Shown: positions 58,659-64,000 of the stretch, one piece after another
Layout: every line of letters starts with the position of its first letter
Numbering within the stretch: position 1 is the first letter of the stretch
Translations under genes and position numbers: made by a program
Notes under the pieces: model-generated
Told to the model about the DNA's origin: nothing
Database searches by the model: none
What the model saw: only the letters and a program-made list of their open reading frames with translations
Assembly: GCA_037443365.1 (NCBI GenBank)
Contig: JBBIOM010000007.1
Location: 19,303 to 83,302 of the forward strand
Length of the DNA stretch: 64,000 nt
Reading direction: 5' to 3'
Source of the DNA: Armatimonadota bacterium
GTDB taxonomy: Bacteria; Sysuimicrobiota; Sysuimicrobiia; Sysuimicrobiales; Humicultoraceae

Positions 58659-60236
58659 ATGGAGACTTACCAGATGGAGACGCGCCTGCTCTCCGGCCTC
58701 ATCCGAGACCGGCACCTGCTCACGCTGGCGGTCAACGAGGGGTTCCACGTCGACCAGCTCGTATCGCCGCAGGCGCGGCGCCTGGCGAAGGTCACCATTG
58801 ACGCGCACGCGATGACGCCGATCCTCGACGAGGCCACGCTGCGGGCCGAGATGACCGATCGCGGTCTCCTGACCCCTGAGATGGAGCAGTACCTGGCGTC
58901 GGTGCTGCTGCTCCCGCCGCCCAACGCCGGGGACCTTCTTGGCTACGTTGAGGAGCTGAAGGCCCGGGAGAGCCGCGACCTCCTGGCGCGCGTCCACGAA
59001 TCCATCGGGGGCTATCTATACCGCCGTACCCCAGAGCAGGCGGACATCGTGCAGTTCACCACCGACGCGATCCATAATCTGCTCGAGATCCAGCGGCGCA
59101 GGACGCGCCGCCAGGTGGCGCCCATCTCCGAGACGTTCGGCCCGATGATTGACGCCCGGCCCCAGGCGACGAACGGCATCCTGGGCTTCTCGATCAGCCC
59201 GTTTGACCGTCTCAACACCCTGCTCTCGGGTTTGCGGCGGGGCTTCTACTACGGCCTGGCCGGTGCTCCCCGCCGCGGCAAGACCAACTTCGCCCTCGAC
59301 CTGGCCGTGCACGTGGCCGCCAACCACAAGGTGCCGGTGCTGTTCTACACCTGGGAGCAGACCCGCCGCGTGCTGGCGGCCCGCCTGATCGCCAAGGAGG
59401 TGGGCATCAACCCCACCTCGATCCTGGTGGGGAGCAACGGGGACGGCGAGTCCGTGGCCGAGAAGGTGAACGAGGCCCGCGGGCCGCTGGGGCGCTACGC
59501 GCCGTTCCTGTACCTGGTGGAGGCGGGCCGCAAGGAGACGCTCGACCGCATCCGCGCCCACGCCCACAACCTGATGCAGGAGTTCCAGACCACGGACGTG
59601 GTGCTGTTCTTCGACTACCTGCAGAAGATCCCGCTGTCGGCCTACGTGGACGACTGGAAGGCCCGGACCGACATGGTCTCCACCGCGCTGGCCGAGCTGA
59701 GCCTCGAGCTCAACTGCCCGGTCTTCGCGATCTCGCCCCTGGACAAGGAGGGCTGCCGGCTGGACGAGCGGCCGGCCGAGGAGACCGAGATCTTCAACCC
59801 GTTCAACCGGCCCACGATGCACCACAGCATGGGCAGCGGCGATCTCGAGTACGACCTCGACGTCGCCATGGTCCTGGCCAAGGACTGGAAGGCCACGGCC
59901 GACCTGCGGCAGTTGATCGAGTCGCGGGCCAAGGCCGAGGGCTTCGACACCAGCGATCTGCCCAGGGTGGACATCCTCAACCTGTTCGTGGACAAGAACC
60001 GCGACGCGCCAGAGGCGGCCTCCAACATAGTGCAGTACGCGTTCTTCGTGACCCTGAACAAGCTGGTGGAACTGGACTACAAGATGGAGCAGGAGTATCG
60101 CCCCGACTACCAGGGCTTCTCCAAACTCCAGGAGATCTACACGTTCCTGCGCGACCACGGGTTCCGCCCGCAGCGCGAGGCGCCCGCCGCCGCGCGCGTC
60201 GGAGGCGTGGGGGGAGCCGGAGGGAGAAGCCGATGA
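58659..60236 (+). CDS. Diverged DnaB-like protein (DnaB-type N-terminal domain plus RecA-fold ATPase)
   Basis: The N-terminus METRLLSGLIRDRHLLTLAVNEGFHVDQLVSPQARRLAKVTID resembles the DnaB N-domain. Walker A is GLAGAPRRGKTNFALDLA (59262-59285). The Walker B/DnaB box is VVLFFDYLQKI, and it also has PVFAISPL and GSGDLEYDLDVAMVL. A strong SD (GGGGAGGAA) precedes the ATG. Confidence 0.72.
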   Translation: METYQMETRLLSGLIRDRHLLTLAVNEGFHVDQLVSPQARRLAKVTIDAHAMTPILDEATLRAEMTDRGLLTPEMEQYLASVLLLPPPNAGDLLGYVEELKARESRDLLARVHESIGGYLYRRTPEQADIVQFTTDAIHNLLEIQRRRTRRQVAPISETFGPMIDARPQATNGILGFSISPFDRLNTLLSGLRRGFYYGLAGAPRRGKTNFALDLAVHVAANHKVPVLFYTWEQTRRVLAARLIAKEVGINPTSILVGSNGDGESVAEKVNEARGPLGRYAPFLYLVEAGRKETLDRIRAHAHNLMQEFQTTDVVLFFDYLQKIPLSAYVDDWKARTDMVSTALAELSLELNCPVFAISPLDKEGCRLDERPAEETEIFNPFNRPTMHHSMGSGDLEYDLDVAMVLAKDWKATADLRQLIESRAKAEGFDTSDLPRVDILNLFVDKNRDAPEAASNIVQYAFFVTLNKLVELDYKMEQEYRPDYQGFSKLQEIYTFLRDHGFRPQREAPAAARVGGVGGAGGRSR

Positions 60237-60511
60237 TCGTGGACAAGCGCGCGCCCATCTACCCCATTCGCACGGTGGCGCACCTCACCGGCGTGAACCC
60301 CAGGCGCATCCGCGCCTGGGAGGACCAGTACAACCTGTTCGTCCCGGCGCGCACAGGGGGAGGGCACCGGCTCTACAGCGAAGAGGATGTGGAACGCATA
60401 CGGTGGGTCAAGGCGATGGTGGAGCGTGGGGTGAGCCTGCGGGGCATTCAGCGGCTGGTGGAGCGCCCCCGCGCAGTCGAGACGGTCGCCGAGGGAAGGG
60501 GTGCCCGATGA
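60233..60511 (+). CDS. Small MerR-family HTH regulator
   Basis: It reads IYPIRTVAHLTGVNPRRIRAWEDQYNLFVPARTGGGHRLYSEEDVERIRWVKAMVERGVSLRGI. The start overlaps the upstream stop (ATGA). Confidence 0.85.
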   Translation: MIVDKRAPIYPIRTVAHLTGVNPRRIRAWEDQYNLFVPARTGGGHRLYSEEDVERIRWVKAMVERGVSLRGIQRLVERPRAVETVAEGRGAR

Positions 60512-60750
60512 AGGTGGAGCTGGACCGCGAGCAGGTCGTGATCTTCACGCCGTCACACAGGATCGAGGGCGAGCTGCACCTGCCCTCGAGCGCCCGGCTC
60601 TCCGACCGGCTGAACCAGGCCAAGGACTTCCTGGCCATTACCTCGGCGCGCGTCTTCACCCTGGACGACCGTCCGCTCTACGAGGCCGGCGTCGTGTTTC
60701 TGCACAAGTCCTACATCGTGATGCTTATGGAGCGTCATGAGGCCATCTAG
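60508..60750 (+). CDS. 80-aa hypothetical protein, unknown family
   Basis: It reads MKVELDREQVVIFTPSHRIEGELHLPSSARLSDRLNQAKDFLAITSARVFTLDDRPLYEAGVVFLHKSYIVMLMERHEAI. It has an ATGA overlap with merR-like and a 14-nt overlap with pilB. The pattern looks beta-rich. Confidence 0.5.
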   Translation: MKVELDREQVVIFTPSHRIEGELHLPSSARLSDRLNQAKDFLAITSARVFTLDDRPLYEAGVVFLHKSYIVMLMERHEAI

Positions 60751-62446
60751 GAGCCCGACCTCGCGTCGCCGGGTGCGGCTCGGCGAGATCCTGGTGGAGG
60801 CCGGGCTGATCACGAGCGCCCAGCTCGAGAAGGCGCTGTCGGCACAGAACGCCAGCGGCGACCGCCTGGGCAGGGTGCTGGTGAGCCAGGGGCTGACCAC
60901 GCAGGAGGCCATCAGCAAGGCCGTGGCCAGCCAGATGGGAATCGAGTACGTCAACGTGCAGTCCGTAGGGATCCCCGAGGAGGTGCTCACGGCCGTTCCC
61001 GAGTGGCTGATACGGCGCCACCAGGTCATCCCGCTGCGCAGGGAAGGGAACACGCTCGTCGTGGGGATGGTGGACCCCCTCGACGTGGTGGCGCTCGATA
61101 CGGTCCGGCGCGTCGCCAAGCTCGACCTGGTACCGGCCGCGATCACGCCCGAGGGGTTCCAGCACGCCGTCAACCAGTACCCGGCCCTGGAGGGCACCCT
61201 GGACCAGGTCATCCAGGAGATCCGCCCCGCGGACGTGGGCGAGGAGGAGCCGGGCCTCGATCGGCTGCGCGAGATAGTCGAGGACGCCCCGGTCGTGCGC
61301 CTGGTGAACCTGATGCTGGTTCAGGCGGTGCGCCAGGGCGCCAGCGATGTGCACGTGGAGCCGCAGGAGGACCGCGTTCGCATACGCTACCGCATTGACG
61401 GCACGCTCTACGGCGTCATGACCGCGCCCAAGCACGTGCAGGCCGCGACCACGAGCCGCATCAAGATCATGGCCAACATGAACATCGCCGAGCGCCGCGC
61501 GCCGCAGGACGGGCGGATCGAACTGCGCGTGGACAACCGCGAGATTGACCTGCGCGTCAGCAGCGTCCCCACCGTGTTCGGCGAGAAGGTGGTCATGCGG
61601 ATCCTCGACAAGCGGGCGGCGCTGGTCGGCGTGGACAGGCTCGGCCTGTTGGGGCCGGACCTGCCGCGATTCGAGTCGCTGATCGCCAAGCCTTACGGCA
61701 TCATCCTCATCACCGGCCCGACCGGCAGCGGCAAGACCACCAGCCTGTACGCCATCCTCAACCGGCTGAACAAGACCGACGTCAACATAATCACGGTCGA
61801 GGACCCGGTGGAGTACCAGCTCGCCGGCATCAGCCAGGTCCAGATCAACCCCAAGGCCGGTCTGACCTTCGCCACCGGTTTGCGGTCTTTCCTGAGGCAG
61901 GACCCGGATATTATCATGGTGGGGGAGATACGCGACGAGGAGACCGCGCGCATCGCGATCCACGCCGCGCTGACCGGGCACTTGGTCCTCTCGACGCTGC
62001 ACACCAACGACGCGCCCGGCGCCGTGGCTCGCCTCGCGGACATGGGCGTGGAGCCGTTCCTGGTCTCCTCTTCGGTGATCGGCGTGGTCGCGCAGCGCCT
62101 GGTGCGCGTGCTCTGCCCGCAGTGCCGCGAGGCGTACACGCCTCCGGTCGAGGTGCTGGAGCGCTACCGGCTCATAGGCCCCGGCGACCCGCCGCCCGTG
62201 ATCTACCGTCCGCGGGGCTGCGACCGGTGCAACCACATCGGATACAAGGGGCGCATCGGGCTCTTCGAGATCATGGTCATGGACGATGAAGTGCGCGCGC
62301 TCGTCGTGCGGGAGTCCTCGGCGGATGTGCTCAAGGCCGCCGCCGTCGCCGCCGGGATGCGCACGCTGCACCTGGACGGCGTGGCCAAGGTGCTGGCCGG
62401 GACGACGTCGCTCGAAGAACTGCTCCGAGTCGTTTTCGTCGAATAG
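60737..62446 (+). CDS. pilB: Type IV pilus assembly ATPase PilB (GspE family) with intact MshEN-type motifs
   Basis: It has tandem RLGEILVEAGLITSAQLEKALSAQ and RLGRVLVSQGLTTQEAISKAVASQ, a T2SSE_N region and ILITGPTGSGKTTSL (Walker A). It also has FLRQDPDIIMVGEIRD and a tetracysteine motif (CPQCR...CDRCNHIGY). Confidence 0.93.
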   Translation: MRPSRSPTSRRRVRLGEILVEAGLITSAQLEKALSAQNASGDRLGRVLVSQGLTTQEAISKAVASQMGIEYVNVQSVGIPEEVLTAVPEWLIRRHQVIPLRREGNTLVVGMVDPLDVVALDTVRRVAKLDLVPAAITPEGFQHAVNQYPALEGTLDQVIQEIRPADVGEEEPGLDRLREIVEDAPVVRLVNLMLVQAVRQGASDVHVEPQEDRVRIRYRIDGTLYGVMTAPKHVQAATTSRIKIMANMNIAERRAPQDGRIELRVDNREIDLRVSSVPTVFGEKVVMRILDKRAALVGVDRLGLLGPDLPRFESLIAKPYGIILITGPTGSGKTTSLYAILNRLNKTDVNIITVEDPVEYQLAGISQVQINPKAGLTFATGLRSFLRQDPDIIMVGEIRDEETARIAIHAALTGHLVLSTLHTNDAPGAVARLADMGVEPFLVSSSVIGVVAQRLVRVLCPQCREAYTPPVEVLERYRLIGPGDPPPVIYRPRGCDRCNHIGYKGRIGLFEIMVMDDEVRALVVRESSADVLKAAAVAAGMRTLHLDGVAKVLAGTTSLEELLRVVFVE

Positions 62447-62455
62447 GGGGCTGCC

Positions 62456-63637
62456 ATGCACATCGAAGACCTGCTGCGAGAGGTCGTCGCGGCCCAGGCG
62501 TCGGACCTGCACCTGACGAGTGGGATCAAGCCCACGATGCGGCTTTGGGGCCGGCTGACGCCGATGGAGCACCACGAGGTCCTCTCGGCCGAGGACACCT
62601 TCCAGCTCGGCTACAGCATGCTCAACACCTTCCAGAAGCAGAAGTTCGAGAAGTTCTGGGAACTCGATCTTTCCTACGGCGTGCCCGGGCTGGGACGCTT
62701 CCGGGTGAACATCTACCGCCAGCGCGGGGCGCTGGGGATCGCGCTCCGGGTCATCCCCATGTCGATCCCGACGCTCGAGGCGCTCAACCTGCCCACCGTC
62801 CTGAGGGAACTCACGCGCAAGCCCCGGGGGCTGGTGCTGGTGACCGGGCCCACCGGACAGGGCAAGAGCACGACGCTGGCCTCGATGATAAGCTTCATCA
62901 ACTACGAGCGCAGCGCCCACATCGTGACGGTGGAGGACCCGATCGAGTACCTGCACCAGCACGGCAAGAGCATCATCAACCAGCGCGAGCTGGGGTTCGA
63001 CACGCAGTCGTTCCCGGCGGCGCTGCGCGCGGTGCTGCGCGAGGACCCCAACGTCGTGCTGATCGGCGAGATGCGCGACCTCGAGACGATCTCGGCGGCG
63101 CTCACGATCGCCGAGACCGGCCACCTGGTCTTCGCCACCCTGCACACGGCCAACGCCGCGCAGTCGATAGACCGCATCATTGACGTCTTTCCGCCCTACC
63201 AGCAGCAGCAGATCCGCATCCAGATCTCCATGGTGCTCGAGGCCGTGGTGTCGCAGCAACTGCTCCCCAACGCGAAGTACAAGGGGAATGCTGACGCACA
63301 GCCGGCGGCGCGCAAGCGCCTGGGGGGCGCCGTCGGGCAGTCCTGGCCGAGCCTGGACGAGATAGGGCGGGTGCCCGCGGTCGAGATCATGCTGGCCACG
63401 CCCGCCATCCGCAACCTGGTACGCGAGGCCAAGACGCACCAGATCGAGACGGCAATACAGACGGGCGGGCAGTACGGCATGCAGACGATGGACCAATCGC
63501 TGCGCGATCTCGTCCTGCGCAAGATGGTGAGGTTGGACGACGCGCTCAGCCGGGCCATCCGCCCCGATGAACTGCGCAAGATACTGTACGAGGCCGGCGT
63601 TGACGTCGAGCGCGCCGCTCGTAGCGCGAGGGGGTAG
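62456..63637 (+). CDS. pilT: Twitching-motility retraction ATPase PilT (with an internal insertion)
   Basis: It has ASDLHLTSGIKPTMRLWG, GLVLVTGPTGQGKSTTL, VLREDPNVVLIGEMRD, GHLVFATLHT and AIRNLVRE. It is 393 aa, with about 26 extra residues between QQLLP and GRVPAVEIM. Confidence 0.92.
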   Translation: MHIEDLLREVVAAQASDLHLTSGIKPTMRLWGRLTPMEHHEVLSAEDTFQLGYSMLNTFQKQKFEKFWELDLSYGVPGLGRFRVNIYRQRGALGIALRVIPMSIPTLEALNLPTVLRELTRKPRGLVLVTGPTGQGKSTTLASMISFINYERSAHIVTVEDPIEYLHQHGKSIINQRELGFDTQSFPAALRAVLREDPNVVLIGEMRDLETISAALTIAETGHLVFATLHTANAAQSIDRIIDVFPPYQQQQIRIQISMVLEAVVSQQLLPNAKYKGNADAQPAARKRLGGAVGQSWPSLDEIGRVPAVEIMLATPAIRNLVREAKTHQIETAIQTGGQYGMQTMDQSLRDLVLRKMVRLDDALSRAIRPDELRKILYEAGVDVERAARSARG

Positions 63638-63645
63638 GCGCCGCC

Positions 63646-64000
63646 ATGGCAGTATTCCGGTACAGCGCCAAGGACAACAGCGGGCGCCTGATCTCGGGCG
63701 TCATAGAGGCCGACAACGACGCCATGGTCGTGGACCGGCTCCGCGACATGGGCTTCTTCATCACGCACCTGGAGCGCGTGGTCGAGCGCGCGGACGTCTT
63801 CCAGTCGCTGCAGTCCATGTTCGGCATAGCGCTGAGGGACCTGGCGGTATTCAGCCGGCAGTTCGCCACGATGGTGAACTCCGGGCTGTCGCTGGTGCGC
63901 ACGCTCACGATCCTGGAGCAGCAGTCCAGCAACAAGCGCCTGAGGGAGATCGTCGCCGGGGTGCGCGCCGACGTCGAGGCCGGCCGTCCGCTCTCGGACG
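63646..64000 (+). CDS. pilC: Type IV pilus platform protein PilC (GspF family), 5' part only
   Basis: It reads MAVFRYSAKDNSGRLISGVIEADNDAMVVDRLRDMGFFITHLE...LAVFSRQFATMVNSGLSLVRTLTIL and runs off the end of the window. Confidence 0.88.
   Translation, partial: MAVFRYSAKDNSGRLISGVIEADNDAMVVDRLRDMGFFITHLERVVERADVFQSLQSMFGIALRDLAVFSRQFATMVNSGLSLVRTLTILEQQSSNKRLREIVAGVRADVEAGRPLSD

Noticed and set aside
60508-60750. Whether the 80-aa ORF upstream of pilB is a PilZ domain.
   Set aside because: I looked for the RxxxR and (D/N)xSxxG motifs and neither is present. It stays unassigned.
60725-63496. A 923-aa minus-strand ORF running antisense across pilB and pilT.
   Set aside because: Its translation is Arg/Gly/Asp/His-rich low-information sequence with no motifs. 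The plus-strand frames carry complete PilB and PilT signatures. Long stop-free antisense frames are expected in GC-rich DNA.

Overview
This is a GC-rich bacterial chromosomal window, densely coding, with many stop/start overlaps. Several gene orders are Firmicutes-like: rph-rdgB, rpsU-yqeY, and alaS-ruvX-DUF1292-mltG-yqeG. That suggests a high-GC Firmicutes-related lineage, but this is inference only.

**1 to 44.7 kb, mostly housekeeping and accessory metabolism:**
- RNase PH and RdgB, a DUF885 protein, FeoAB, and M20 and M19 peptidases.
- tRNA-Pro followed by a decayed 1.4-kb integrated-element remnant.
- A TctC/TctA(B)/PrpF tricarboxylate module and a MoxR-DUF58-VWA-VWA operon.
- tRNA-Arg, then a polysaccharide cluster: 2 GT4 glycosyltransferases, a flippase, and 3 tandem PaaK/CapK-like adenylating paralogs.
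- tRNA-His, an orphan groEL with a CIRCE operator, a thiolase, and a class-III aminotransferase.
- A peptide-type ABC importer without ATPase genes.

**44.7 to 64 kb, the interesting part:** a type IV pilus/filament locus embedded in several layers of c-di-GMP signalling.
- An HD-GYP phosphodiesterase, and a degenerate GGDEF protein that keeps an RxxD I-site.
- Three leader elements that I read as c-di-GMP-I (GEMM-I) riboswitch aptamers at about 48.84, 51.25 and 58.5 kb; the last is on the minus strand.
- Two PilB-family ATPases with MshEN-type N-terminal c-di-GMP-binding motifs.

**What the three riboswitch candidates precede:**
1. An unknown three-gene operon.
2. A group-3 sigma factor, then a Roadblock/LC7 gene, then four prepilin-type genes.
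3. A TPR-extended PilB-like ATPase.

In addition, a diverged DnaB-like RecA-fold ATPase, a small MerR regulator and an 80-aa unknown ORF appear translationally coupled to pilB-pilT-pilC.

No CRISPR array, rRNA gene or intact mobile element was seen. Every family assignment comes from reading motifs by eye. No database search or covariance model was run.
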